Positions 41,261 through 54,960 of a DNA stretch of 64,000 nt are shown here, one piece after another; position 1 is the stretch's first letter; each line of letters begins with the position of its first letter. The notes below the pieces were generated by a model. The model did no database searches. It had not been told where the DNA came from and saw nothing but the letters and a program-made list of their open reading frames with translations. The DNA lies in the NCBI RefSeq assembly GCF_006345805.1, contig NC_043004.1, positions 92,070,001 to 92,134,000 on the forward strand, given 5' to 3'. Source of the DNA: Octopus sinensis (Eukaryota). The position numbers and the translations under genes are program-made.

Positions 41261-42199
41261 GCATAATAGTGGTTTTGTCTCTAATTTAATATAATATATA
41301 TATATACATATATATATAAAACACCCTAATGGGAGCCTTCACACCCAAATTTTAGTAATTTCGTTTATGATCCAAAACTAGGTCAAATGTACTGAATGGA
41401 TCTTTATGAAATTTGGAAATTATATTCTAAGCATAAGGGCCATAACCCCCATGACAATTCATATATTTTTGCTGTTGATGAAATTTTAACCATAGATATT
41501 ATACACAAATGAAGTAATATTTATAGAATTTCATCTTCTTACAAAGTTATAAAAACCCCTCCCTGGGGACTTAATACCCACAATTTTGTCATTTAATCTA
41601 ATCAAAAACGAATATAGTTGTGCTCTTGGAAGCTGTAGGGTTACCCGAGCATAAAAGTTGGGCATTATTTCTAATTCAATGGTACAACAGTGTAACAGTT
41701 TGCTTTGACATACACTTACATTGTGATTTCTGCAATGTGATGCATAAATTGTTAAGTAAATGAGAGGCATCTTTGTCTCCACTGACTCAGTTGCAAAGTG
41801 TTGAGTAAAGTTATTTGATTGCAGACCTCCTTTCAGTCTTTTTATTATCACTCGGTCACACATAGTCCTCAGATGGTAACATTGATTACAAGGCCTTCCC
41901 AGATGAGTGACTGGTTATTCAAAGACATTTATAGATTTTAAATTCATTCTGTCCAGTTACGTATCAGTATAGTGGTCATTTGCAAACTCCAGAGGTGGCA
42001 CTTTAATTTCTCCTAAGCCCTCACGACACACAGTTGTTAATGTTGATTTCAGCCGGGTCACGCCCTTCCAATTGCTATACATTCGCAATGCATCTTACGG
42101 CTGTGCCTGTCACCTGGATGGTGAGGAATCCTACATTGGGAGCGGTTACGACTAGGGTAGGGTAACTGACTGCTTATTGTGATCATTCGTCTTTTGGTT

Positions 42200-42368
42200 T
42201 CCCTGTGGCACGATTACAATTTTTTAGGGTGTGTAAAGAGGGAAATAACCCTCATCTGCAATTTTGATGAAATTCGAAACATAGATATTCCAGTTCATTC
42301 AGAAAATATAACAGAAAAGTCTAATTCTTCAATTGAATGTAACCGGGCAACGCCGGGTATCTCTTCTA

Positions 42369-42369
<1 letters not shown>
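42200..42369 (+). mobile_element. Helitron-like 3' end
   Basis: AACCGGGCAACGCCGGGT hairpin (42341-42358) followed by CTAG|T at 42366-42370; left boundary uncertain. Confidence 0.65.
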
Positions 42370-42446
<77 letters not shown>

Positions 42447-42479
42447 TTATTTATTTATTTATATATATATTTATTTATT

Positions 42480-42539
<60 letters not shown>

Positions 42540-42849
42540 TATTCACATGCGTGGATAATAACAATCGAAACTGATCGGTACATAGGTAATCATTTTTATT
42601 TCGTATATTTTCATTTGTCTTGCTAATTTTTAATGCTTTGGTTCGTGTTGGATTTTTATTTGAGAACATATTCTTTGTGGAAAATAGCGATTTGACGTCT
42701 ATATCTGGAATGTTGACCATCCACTTTTAGTGGTCAGTCCTTTAAATTATTGTATGTAAAAATATTTTAATCTTCGGATTTTTTAATATGCTAGGCCACT
42801 GGTTTTAATTGATTAATATTAATTTCTACCCTTATTAAATTTTGAATAT

Positions 42850-42880
<31 letters not shown>

Positions 42881-42978
42881 CACACATTTATGCATATGCA
42901 GATATATACAAAAATATGTACAACCATATACCTTTATGTAATGGATAAAATTTTTATAAAACTTTTATAGAACACGTA

Positions 42979-43052
<74 letters not shown>

Positions 43053-43542
43053 GCACACACACACGCACACACACACATATAATAAATATTTTTATATATA
43101 CACACATAAATATATATTTCTTTTTTGAAGGGGCATGCCTAAGGAGATATCCTTGCAGTAAGAAGCAATTTACACGAGCAGTTTGGTCGATCAGGTGGTG
43201 GTTAGAGTGCGGGTAGGAGGCATTACGTGAACAACGTGAGCAAGCTGGAAGAGATAGTTCTCCAGGTAATGAATAATAGAAAAAGAGAAAAAATAACATG
43301 CTTTTTTCAGAGAGATGACAACATTAGTCTGCAAAAGATATAGGCATGTATGCGTATAGTAAATACGTTGCTATGTTAAAAAGAATTAGTCTAATGAAGG
43401 AAAAAGGACAAGCTTACATTTGAAAAGTTCAAAGTCCGACAAGACAACGATAGAGATGGAGAAAGATAGAGAAAGCGAGGGGAAGGACGGAGGAGCAGAA
43501 AGATATCTAGACGGTGACTTACGAACCAGTAAGCAGGAATCT

Positions 43543-43933
43543 GGATGGAAGCACTCCATCGGTTACGACGACGAGGGTTCCGGTTGATCCGAATCAACGG
43601 AACAGCCTGCTCGTGAAATTAACGCGTAAGTGGCTGAGCACTCCACAGACACGTGTACTCTTAACGTAGTTCTCGGGGAGATTCAGCGTGACACAGAGAG
43701 TGACAAGGCCGGCCCCTTTGAAATACAGGTACAACAGAAACAGGAAGTAAGAGTGAGAGAAAGTTGTGGTGAAAGAGTACAGCAGGGATCACCACCATCC
43801 CCTGCCGGAGCCTCGTGGAGCTTTAGGTGTTTTCGCTCAATAAACACTCACAACGCCCGGTCTGGGAATCGAAACCGCGATCCTATGACCGCGAGTCCGC
43901 TGCCCTAACCACTGGGCCATTGCGCCTCCACAG
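43543..43933 (-). mobile_element. Family C SINE (long 3' module) with 10-bp TSD
   Basis: Head GTGGAGGCGCAATGGCCCAGTGGT..GGTTTCGATTCCC; GCAGGAATCT at 43533-43542 and 43934-43943. Confidence 0.88.
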
Positions 43934-44799
43934 GCAGGAATCTACAGAGATGGCGAATGAGAGGGATAAATAAACGTGAGCAAGCTAGAAGGTATAATTC
44001 TCTAGGTAATGAATTAAAGAAAAAAAGGAAAAAATAACGTTTTTTTTTTTTTTTTTATTTTTTTTTTTTTCTGAGAGTAAAAAGTCAGCTCACTCTCGAG
44101 TGCTATTAGTTGCTCTTGTTCACTACTGATAACATGTAACCCAGTTCAATCTATTACATGGTCGGGTCGTCGGTGACTAAACCAGCAACCCAACCAAGCT
44201 CGCTTGGTGTGAAGAGTGATTGTTGGATACTCTGCGGTACGAAAAATAAAACCTGTCATAAAGGGCAAAGGAACATCATGAGTAGTCGGCCATCCAACTA
44301 TATACGTGTATGTGTATATACTTTCTTTTCTGATGTATTTAATTCCATATATTAGGGTCAGACTGGGCTCCTTAACCTCGGTGAAGGTATCCCATCTAGA
44401 AGCGGGAAACTGATACAAAACCGAGTCTTTGATTGCTGAAGGTCTCCTTAACGGGGCTGTACTATCAGCAAACTCTAACTCATAGAGTAGACTAGGCCCT
44501 CCAGCTTGTTTCTAGCGGCTCGTCTAGGAGATGGAAAAAGCTTAAGAAAAAGCCTGAGGTGTGTTGGGTTTTCTGACAGCTTACATTTATTAATATCGCA
44601 CAGCTTCAACTTGAAAAAAATCGAAAGATCCTCTGGCGAGAGATTGAAAGTGGCAGGAACGGGTAAAGGATTTTACTGGACCATTGGGTGATGGCCGTCC
44701 CAGCAGAGAACTTGTAACTGTGCTGTTCGTGTCCTCCAGCGGTGACAAAGCAGGTCAATCTATACACAGCACTGCTTTCCTCAACAGGGGCAGGGGCAA

Positions 44800-45127
44800 C
44801 GACGACGACGACGAGGGTTCCAGTTGATCCGATCAACTGAGCAGCCTGCACGTGAATTTAACGTAATTCTCGGGGAGATTCAGCGTGACACAGTGTGTGA
44901 CAAGGTGGGCCCTCTGAAATACAGGTACAACAGAAACAGGAAGAAAGAGTGAGTGAAAGTTGTGGTGAAAAAGTACACCAGCGTTCGCCACCACCCTCTG
45001 TCGGAGTCTCGTGGAACTTTAGGTGTTTTCGCTCAATACACACTCACAACGCCTAGTCTGGGAATCTAAATCGCGATTCCACGACCGCGAGCCCACTGCC
45101 CTTACCATTGGGCCATTGCGCCTACAC
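44800..45127 (-). mobile_element. Family C SINE (diverged, internally deleted)
   Basis: Homologous to 43543-43933. Confidence 0.8.
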
Positions 45128-45153
45128 ATGTATATGTATATGTGTGTGTGTTT

Positions 45154-45201
<48 letters not shown>

Positions 45202-46494
45202 TCTAATCAACTTTTGACTTTCCATATTCGGGATGTGTGATGGGCTAAAGTATCAGTTTATTGAATTATAGCAACCATAAACAAACTGCGGCCTGCAAAG
45301 CTTTCTGAATACCACCTTTAATGAAAAATTATCTTTAATAATTTTAGGAGTGCAGGTCTCTAATGATGAGCCATATCTCAGGCGTTCCTGCTTTTCACAA
45401 AAGATTGGCTATACTTCAACTGTAGCGTTCGTAGATACGTATATCGTAGTCCCTTATATTCTCAATGAATCGGAGTAATACAGAGTGTGACAATGATGGC
45501 CTTTTGAAGAATAGGTGGAGACGATCTGGTGACCTTTCATGCAGCTTTTCTGTGTCCATTTTCTTTTACTCTCAAATCTTGCGTCGACACTTGTCTCTAG
45601 AAGAAGACATTCGTTGAAGATGGCACACATGGGTATGGAAAGCCTGGTCTGATTGTGAAGTGAGCTTCTTAACTGTTCTTCCTTATAAACGTTTCCGTAT
45701 ACACAGGCACACATAGACACACAGACACACACACAAAACGCACGCGCGCGAACAAACACACGGACGCATGCTCTCTCGCACGTACTCACACGTTATCACA
45801 ATCACGTACATAAACATGCACACAAATGCACACACACACATACACACACACACATACACACACACACACACACACACAAACACATATATATATATAATGG
45901 ATTGAAACACACACATTATGTGTGTGTGTGTATTCATATCAGCAGAAAAGATGCAGAGATAAAGAGAGAGAGAGAGAGATAGAGAGAGATGGGGGAGGAA
46001 TCAAGGCGGATAGACAGGACACATGTATGCACAGCCCACACATGCAGAAAACCAAGCCGCTTTACCTGTGTGAGGAAATTGTAAAAAAAAAAAATGAAAA
46101 AGGGTGAGAAGAAAAACCATGACAGCTGTCAGTTAGTGACAGGGAAAAGCAAGTCGAGAAGACGAGAGATAAACTATTTCTGATTGCCGCCATTACTAAC
46201 ACATTTTCTCACATTGTTTTATTTTCTGAAGGCATTCAACGTCTCTTCCCCCCCCTTCATTTCAAGATGACAAATTAGAGATGAAATATTTACTGCCTTT
46301 AGCACGATAGTTTCAACAGAGGAGTCTTGTCTTCCTTGCAGATAAAAAAGAGAATAACAAAGAGCGCGTTTTGATATGCACACACTCATACATGCACAAA
46401 CACTCTCACACACATGAATGCATACATACATAAATATATATATATATAATATACATACACACACACACACACAGATATATATATATATGATAGA

Positions 46495-46660
46495 TCGGTA
46501 GCCACTACACTCATTTTTTCTCTCCTTATTTTTTTTTCTGTGTCCCTTTCTGTAGAAGAGCGTAGGCTCGAAACGTAAAAGACATTTTCAATTTCCTGAG
46601 CGTTATACTAATGCATCTGTTTGTTTTATACACCACCTGTCTTCGTCTCTTTTTTTTTTT
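46495..46660 (+). mobile_element. Short repeat, probably Penelope-derived, with degenerate hammerhead-like motif
   Basis: CTTT-CTGTAGA-A-GAGC-gtag-GCTC-GAAA-CG-TA-AAAG followed by TTTCCTGAGCGT, which is shared with the 21181/63060 family. Confidence 0.5.
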
Positions 46661-47562
46661 CGTGAACTCTCCCCCATATATATATATATAACTTTTTTAT
46701 CAGTCCGTTATTTCTCCATTACTCTTGTTTTCAGTTCTCAAGGGTTAGTTGTATGTTGCAGAATCGTCCTTTGTATCGATCTCGTATTTCAGTTGAAAGA
46801 CTCTTGAATATCACCCTGTTTTCATTCTGCTCAAACGAAGACTTTCATATTTGTTATTCTGCCCCTCCAGTCTCTACTTACATGGGCTACGTTTAATAGT
46901 GATAAATCTCTGTTATATGTTCGTATATGCTTCGTGTTTTTGTGGTCCATATCGGGATATTATATAAATACTACCCAAAGTTTTGTTTGTCCTTACAGCC
47001 CACTCCCATGTAGTATTTCTCTTGAAGTTACAGGATGCACCGGAGATAGCAATACTATACCGAAACGACTACAACCTTCAGATGTACATCTGCTGAGGAG
47101 AGGCTTCTGTTTATGTTCATTTTGCTTTGATCTCATTTTCAATGCCTCATAATTGTTGTCATTGTCAGCGCTTATTTTCTGCACACACACATACACATAT
47201 TAACTGTATATCAATAGTACATTCCGCTTTTGATTTATTATTATTAATAATGATAATAATTTAGTTATTATTAATAACAATGAATTATTATTAATTTATT
47301 CAACTTGCAAACGCCTACTCTCTTATGCAAGTCGGAAGCTAATTTAGTAATGTAAGTTAGAAGATTAATGTAGTTCGAGTCTATACATCGTAAGTTGCTT
47401 AAAGCCACTAATTTCTTGTAAAAAGAGATAGGTAATCGATGGCTGCTGAAAGTTTAATAAAACTTGAAGCTAATCAGATTAATCCCTTTTCCTAACCACG
47501 GGGGCATAAAACCATTAATGTAAGCATTTTATTATAGGATTTATGAAAACACGCACGTAAAA

Positions 47563-47870
47563 TATGTGAAGGGTTATTACAAAGTTTTTAAAGAACAGGT
47601 ACAATGATTTTACTTTAAACGGAAGTAGCCCTCTTATTGAGTCTGTGTATACTTCATGATATTTAATGGCGTTCAATTGTTATGCCAGGTTCTATAATAT
47701 GCTACAACAGCTGTGCGATTTTAAGGATAGCTGACAAATTTGAGCAATGTGCCTGCACGAAACTGTATACGAATCTCGGCAGTTCTGCTACCGAAGCTTT
47801 CGAAATACTACGTCAGGCTTTTGACAAACCTTCTTTAGGTCATACGTAAAACTCTGAATGTTTGCGCCTC
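47563..47870 (+). mobile_element. mariner 5' fragment
   Basis: Translation ADKFEQCACTKLYTNLGSSATEAFEILRQAF resembles the mariner N-terminus (EQRxxIKF..LGKSATE). Confidence 0.6.
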
Positions 47871-49700
47871 CCTAACAAGGCTACCCATGACCTGCGCCAA
47901 CCTCTTTGCTAGCACCTTGGACAAAATATTTAACTGTATTTAACAGAGTGGTGGGTCTTAAGTTACTAATAATGTTCTCCCTGTTCGAGTCCTTTCTGAT
48001 ACGCGTCACCAACCCCGCAGCCTTGGGAATTCTCCCATTCTGCTGCCAGTTGGCATAGACGCTGGCCAGTAGGTGCCTGACCAAGTCTGGCATACTTTTG
48101 ATTTGGAATGCAGAGCCCAACCTTAACGCCTCTTCTAAATCCTTAACAAGATCCATTTCTACTCTAGTCCTATCTGAACTTAGCTCCTGGCTAAATCTAA
48201 TCGACTCAAGTCGAATGGTTCGTTTGAGGTCAAACCACCACCTGTTATTCAACACAGTACCGGTTAATGCTCTCATGACTAACTCCGTAATCCGACTACA
48301 GTATGTCTCCCAAGACAAAATAGTCTTGTTTAGCTTCCAGTAGCCGGATCCCTGTCTAAGTAGTCTATGTTCATCCTACACGTCACTAGTTTGTGATCCG
48401 TGTAGGAGTCCAGAACAATTTGCGAACAATTTAAACTTATCTTTAGTACGAACTATTAGTCTATCTATATAAGATCTGAACGACCTGTCGCCATTACTCC
48501 AGGTTCACACTGGGACGCTCGGGGTAATCAAGTCTGTAGCGATCTATCAGCTGAAACTGCTTAAGCAGATCGGTGAGGCATGGGTTTTTCTTGCAAATGA
48601 TTGAGACAACACAATCCTGGTGTGCATCCAGGATTGCATTCAAATCTCCTAACACCACAAATGTCTTCGATGTCACAAGAAAATTCTCTAGGCGTCGATC
48701 AGTATGTTTGTTTTTATAACTCGGCGCATAAACACCCACCAACCTGAAAGCCTTATGTGTATACTTCAAGTCGAGAACGACCAGTCCATCTTCTGGGTCT
48801 ACAAAAATCGTATTTGTCTACATAGCCAAGTTTTTTCGGAGCAAGATCACTGCCCCTCCTTAGGCCTTCGGTTTGGCTAGGAGACATGATTTTCTCATAA
48901 CCATTCAGGAGAGCCGAGAAGGCTTGTAGTCTGTCCAGCTTGGTCTCAGTAGCGACCATCACATCTATGCTATGTGACCTGAGATCGTCGCAGAAACAAG
49001 CTTGCTTCCATTTCGATCTCGGTCGCACACATTTAAATAAGCCAAGTTCAGTGCAGACATCCAAACGCAAGAAGGGGATCAGAAATTTACTTGTTTTTAA
49101 CAGGCGAAGGAGGGATCGTTCTTAGCGTTATTGATCTCTCTTCCTCATTGTTGCTCTCTCTTTCTTCGTCGGTTTCGGCAGTGGGTCTATTAATTTGAGC
49201 ATCTCACTTAATCTGTGGATGCCCTCCGGTATTCTATCTTTCAGTTGACTGAAAAGTTTTTCTTCTATTCGGCCGTAGTTCGCGCCTTTGAAACGTTTAG
49301 TTAAATTATGTTTACTTACAATTTCTTGTAAGGACGTATCTCTGTCATTATACCTAACAAATTCTGTTCTGTCGGCACGGGTTGTGTGGGTGAAGAGGTG
49401 AGGTTTAAAGTTCTGTCGGTAAGTGATGGTGCGTTTTCCGTTGTGTTGTGGGTTGGGAGGGAGATGGGATACATCATTTCTTTTCCCCCGTTATTGGGAG
49501 ATAAATTAAAATTCCGCTTTCTGGTCGACGAATTCCAAGTCGTCGCTAGGAGGGGGAAATTTTCCCGTATTCCTTGATACTGCGCTAGCTTCTGGTTTCT
49601 TCGTTGCTTTCACTTCTTCCTCCGTTTTTTCCTTGTTTTTACTTTTTTGTCTACTTCTTTTCTAGTCGAGGGGTGTGGGTCCGTGTTTGTAAACTTTAAT
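47870..49700 (-). pseudogene. Old degenerate Tx1-type element (ORF1 remnant, APE, start of RT; 3' half missing)
   Basis: Peptides VATETKL, FRLVGVYAP, VLGDLN, RALTGTVLNNRWW and ANWQQNGRIP..LRPTTLLN align with ORF2 at 6022..9273; the 49070-49700 ORF1 assignment is weaker. Confidence 0.8.
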
Positions 49701-51221
49701 TTTTGCATCAAAGTGAACACCTGGCTTGTATCACGCTTTATGCCATAGTTTTCCAAAACCTACACTCTCCTTCAGGTCATTTTAAAAGTTTTCAATCCAG
49801 CTTTCATGTGCTGCGTCTTTTGTCTGTGATTGGTGTACTACATCTACTGTGAAGACGGGTGAAATAACGACGGTTGAGCAACAGCTAGCTAGATAGATAG
49901 ATACATACATACATACATATATGTGTGCGCGCATATGTGCTTCGGAGTACAGACAACGGGAAGCTTACTCTTTCGAAAGCAATACTCAAAGTTTTTTCGC
50001 TGTTTTCAAGAAGTAGTAGTTGCATCCAAAAAAAAAAAAAAAAAAACACGCACGCACGCACGCCCACCCATTCATATATACCTACATGCATACATGCATA
50101 GAGACGTATACATACTTATGTGTATGTCTGTCTTCTTTTAGAGCGTGATTTGAGGATGTTTGGACTTTTATTTCTCACTGGTTAAGAAATGTAAACCTCT
50201 AGACCTAGCTTCATCGTACATTAACACCATCACAATTCGAGTCAATAAGTAATCTTTTGCTGTGTATCTTGCTCTGCTGGAAATAGCTGCTAAATCTTGC
50301 TGGAAAATTATAACCCACCGTCTGAGAAAAGGTACATTGGTTTGATTTAGGGTTCTTTACGTGGTTTGATAAGCTGATCATAGGTCTGTTCAATTAAGGC
50401 TTACCTAGGAGTAAACAAAAATTCCAATACCAAAACAATTACCATCAATAACAGCAGCTTCAAAAGTAGTAGGGCTGCATTACACCATTGAAAATAGCAA
50501 ATTCACAGAAAACAATAAATTTTAGTCATACTGTCACAGCAACAATATGGCTGAAATGAAATACTTCAGAGAAAGACAATAGATTCAAATTATGATAGTG
50601 CTTCACATATTTAATACACTGAGTCGAAAATCTTCGATCGACAGCTAATATCCAAACAATTAGCAGACGAATACTCCCAGTTGAGTTGTTTATAAACTAA
50701 AAAAACCAGCAAGAACGCTATGATGTTTAGACAATACAAGCAATGCAAATTGGATTAGATTTGGTTTTTAAATCAAATGATAGATGTACTGAACGTGTTG
50801 CTGGTTCTGTTAGACGTCTCTGAAGAACCACATTTATATTCAACTCAGTTGGTAATATTAAGAATTATCATTGTATTCAGAAAAAACTGGAAGGTACTGT
50901 CGCTAATTATGAATAGTAACTTTGTGGCTGTCGGAAAAATAAATGAGAACAGCTTTCTTTCTCGTACAGATACGTATATTGTACGTATATATGAGTTCAG
51001 AGATTTTGATCAAATGAGATTATCAAAGAAAATAGTGGAAAAAATTCTTATTCTAAGGAGATGCTAAAAGTGATAATTCATTAAATAAAGCTAGTGGACG
51101 GAAATGTTTGGACAACCAAGAAAATGCATATTTTTGTGGATTAGGTCTTAAAAGACAATGGGGGAAATCAACGAACATACTCTGGTCTTCATCCATAGTT
51201 ATTCAGAGGATGGTAGATTAT

Positions 51222-51448
51222 TCTCTTTTACTCTTTTACTTGTTTCAGTCATTTGACTGCGGCCATGCTGGAGCACCGCCTTTAATCGAGCAACTCGACC
51301 CCTGGACTTATTCTTTTGTAAGCCCAGTACTTATTCTATCGGTCTCTTTTGCCGAACCGCTAAGTAACGGGGACATAAACACACCAGCATCGGTTGTCAA
51401 GCAATGCTAGGGGGACAAACACACTCACACAAACACACACACGCATAA

Positions 51449-51487
<39 letters not shown>

Positions 51488-51653
51488 TACGACGGGCTTC
51501 TTTCAGTTTCCGTCTTCCAAATCCACTCACAAGGCTTTGGTCGGCCCGAGGCTATAGTAGAAGACACTTGCCCAAGGTGCCATGCAGTGGGACTGAACCC
51601 GAAACCATGTGGTTGGTAAACAAGCTACTTACCACACAGCCACTCCTGTGCCT
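51222..51653 (-). mobile_element. Family A SINE
   Basis: Reverse-complement match to 899-1313. Confidence 0.9.
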
Positions 51654-52412
51654 ATTTATGATTTCAGAACTTGAAAAACTTCAAGCAACTGAGATTAATT
51701 AATCAGTTAGTAGAAAACAGACACCTTCAGTGGTATTTAAGATTCTAAAACTAATAAGCATGATAGCTTACTCCAAAAAGATCTGCATGTTGGAATATTT
51801 GGGCAATACCGATGATGCAGTATTGGAATCGATCTGGTCTATAAAGCCAAATAGTAAAAGTAACGGACATATGCTATATAAACTTAAAGCGATGGAGAAA
51901 ATACCATACGGTATTTGTCCCGGCTCTATACGTTCTGAGTTCGATAAAATAAAGTACTAGTCTAGCACTGGAATCGTTATACTCGAAAATTCCTCTCTTT
52001 CAAATTTCAGGTTTTGTGCCTATGTTAAAAACAACTATGTAGTTGTTATTGTTGCTGTTGTCATTTAATTACATGTACAATCTGATCTAGGAGGCAAATA
52101 TATGATCAATGACGTTGAAACCGTGACTTTTGTTGTTAGCATGTGTGAAACTGTAGGGTGTGATTTGTATAAGAATTGGCTGTTTTTTCTAGCAGATTCG
52201 CTGACCGCATAGAGGTTACCTAGTTTTCAATATATAGCTATAATTGTTTTGGTTGTTGTTGTTGCTGTTCAGCCCTAGGTAAGCCCTGAACAAGCGTATA
52301 TATGACCAATGACCTTCCAATCGTGCCCTGTCCTTGATTTTAGGGACTGTATCTAGAACTATATTAGCCAATGCTTTTCCCGTTTGTTTTTTAACCTACC
52401 AAGATGTGATTT

Positions 52413-52713
52413 AGTGGAGGCACATGGCCTAGTGGTTAAAGCAGCGGACTCGCGGTCGAGGGATCGTGGGTTCGAATCTCAGACTAGGCGATGTGTGTGT
52501 TTATTAGCGAAACACCTAAGCTCCACGTGGCTCCGGCAGAAGGTAATGGCGAACTTCTACTGACTCTTTCACCACAACTTTCTCTCACTCTTTCCTCCTG
52601 CATCTTGCAGCTTACCTGCGACGGACCGGCGTCCCGTCCAGGTGGGGAACCTATACGCGAAGGAAACCGGGAACCGGCCCTTATGAGCCAGACCTGGCTC
52701 GAGAAGGAACAAA
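52413..52713 (+). mobile_element. Family C SINE, short 3' module (V-domain-like), with 13-bp TSD
   Basis: Same ~185-nt head as 43543-43933, then GCGACGGACCGGCGTCCCGTCCAGG; CAAGATGTGATTT at 52400-52412 and 52714-52726. Confidence 0.85.
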
Positions 52714-53983
52714 CAAGATGTGATTTGAGTGAGACTGCCTGCTATTTTTACCCAATAAAGCGAGGAATTTGTTGTGGTGTGTTTGTCGTTTTGTTGCTGT
52801 TATGGTGTGACGTGTTGTTATGTTGTGTGACACTGTTGCTGTGGTGATATGTTGCTAATTTTGCGTTGCCTCGCGTTGCTGTTGTTGTTGTCGTATGTTG
52901 TGTCTGTGACGATATGTTAGCATTGCTGTGTTGCGATGTGTTGCTTCCTTGCCGTTTGTTGTGTCTGTGACGATTTGTCGCTACTGTTGTGTTGCGATGT
53001 GTCACAAATGTTGTACACTGTTTTTGTGTAATAGTATATTGCGGTGCTTGTGGCAAGCTACTATTCCATTGTGATGTCTTGCGGCACATTTCTGTTGCTA
53101 TTGTGTTACGTTACTCATGTCTTGCCGTGCGGTGAGCTGTTGTTGTGTTGCAGTTGTTGTTGTTGTGATACGCAGCTTTCATTGTTGTTGTGGAATACAG
53201 CTGTGTTGTCATGTAGTACTGCTGGTGTTGTCCTTCTTGATGCTATTGTTGTTGTGGTATGCTTCCAGTGATGCTGTTATTGTTGTTGCTGTTGTTGTTG
53301 TGGTGGTGGTGGTAGTGATGCATTGTTGCTTTAGTGTGTTGCTACCGAGCTGCTCACAATTATTGTTGTCAATGCCGTTTCACTCCAGTTCATTCCTATT
53401 CCGCGGGGGAGGTGGGGGCCAATGACCAGATACATTCCAAACACAACCAACCCGATATTCAGTTTTTCATAGTTTCTAGAACGAAGTTATCGAATATGCT
53501 ATCGGTAGATTGTGACCTGAAGGTGATTTAGCGGCTATTTCTAGCAGGTCGATAAGTCGACCTCCTGTTGCTGCTGTCGCATTTAGTGTATTGTGTGCAG
53601 TTCGTGCTGCTGCCGCTGCTGCTGCTGCTGCAGACACTTGATATTGTCATTACCGCTGCAGAGGCTCTGATTTAATGTTATTGCAGACATAACATATTAC
53701 TGCTGCTTGTTCTGTTGCGGTTGTTCACTCGTAGTGCTGCTGTCATTACTGTTCTTGCTGATGTTGCTGATGTGCTGATGTTGCTGACGTTACTCTTGTG
53801 TTGGGTATTGCTGTTGTTGCTGCTGTGGCTAATATTACAACTGTTGCTGGCGTTATTGTTGCTGCTGTTGTTGCTTTTGCTAGCGATACTGTTTTTATCG
53901 ATGTTGCTATTGTTGCTGGTGACACTAACATTACAGTTCCTAGCAAGCATTACTGCTGTTGCTAATATTACTGCTGTTGCTAA

Positions 53984-54398
53984 GGCGGCGAGCTGGCAGA
54001 AACGTTAGCACGCCGGGCGAAATGGTTAGCAGTATTTCATCTGCCGTTACGTTCTGAGTTCGAATTCCGCCGAGGTCGACTTTGCCTTTCATCCTTTCGG
54101 GATCGATAAATTAAGTACAAGTTACGCACTGAGGTCGATGTAATCGACTTAATCCCTTTGTCTGTCCTTGTTTGTCCTCTCTGTGTTTAGCCCCTTGTGG
54201 GTAGTAAAGAAATAGGTATTTCGTCTGCCGCTACGTTCTGAGTTCAAATTCCGCCGAGGTCGACTTAGCCTTTCATCCTTTCGGAGTCGATTAAATAAGT
54301 ACCAGTTACGCACTGAGGTCGATGTAATCAACTTAATCCATTTGTCTGTCCTTGTTTGTCCCCTCTATGTTTAGTCCCTTGTGGGCAAGAAAAAAGTA
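53984..54398 (+). mobile_element. Family B SINE plus tandem head-less second copy
   Basis: GGCGGCGAGCTGGCAGAAACGTTAG head; tail GCCCCTTGTGGGTAGTAAAGAAA; the repeat restarts at GTATTTCGTCTGCC (~54215). Confidence 0.88.
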
Positions 54399-54399
54399 A

Positions 54400-54600
54400 G
54401 AATCTGTAACACGGCGGGTAAAATGCTTTGCAGTATTTCGCCCGTCTTCTCGTCGCGATTTGATTTCAAATTCCACCGAGGTCGACTTTACCTATTATGC
54501 TTTCGGGGTTGCTAAAATAAGTACAAGTTGAGTACTGGAGTCGAAGTAGTCGACTTAACCCTTCCTCTGATATTGCTGGCCTTGTACTAAAATTTGAAAC
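54400..54600 (+). mobile_element. Degenerate family B SINE, alternative tail
   Basis: TCAAATTCCACCGAGGTCGAC..GGCCTTGTACTAAAATTTGAAAC. Confidence 0.7.
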
Positions 54601-54960
54601 AAAAATATTACTGCTGTTGTGGCTGTCATTAGTTTTACCGTTGTGGCTATTGTTTTTGCTGATGCTACTACTACTACAAGCATTACTGCTGTTGCTTACA
54701 TTATTACTGTTGCTAAAATTATTGTTGTTGCTAATGTTCCTGCTGTTGCTAGTATTACTACTGTTGCTGACGTTACTAGTTTTTTTGCTGTTGCTGCTAT
54801 TGTTGCTACTGCTGCATGTATTACTGCTGTTTCCAACATCATTGCCGTTGCTAATACTACTACTGCAGCTGGCATTACTGTTGTTGCTATTGTTGCTATC
54901 AATGCTAATATTACTACTTTGCTTATATATTGTTGTTGTCAATATTACTGCAGTTGCCAA

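Noticed and set aside
41531-41863. Possible transposase remnant (DASHLLNNL in an alternative frame)
   Set aside because: One short motif is insufficient to assign a family.
44150-44560. Possible RTE 5' region with an HDV-like ribozyme
   Set aside because: Only a vague resemblance (GTCTAGGAGATGGAAAA); I could not fold the nested double pseudoknot by eye.
50211-50393. 60-aa ORF as a host exon
   Set aside because: The sequence is a minus-strand copy of the dispersed repeat (GACCTATGATCA, GATTTAGCAGCTATTTCCAGCAG).
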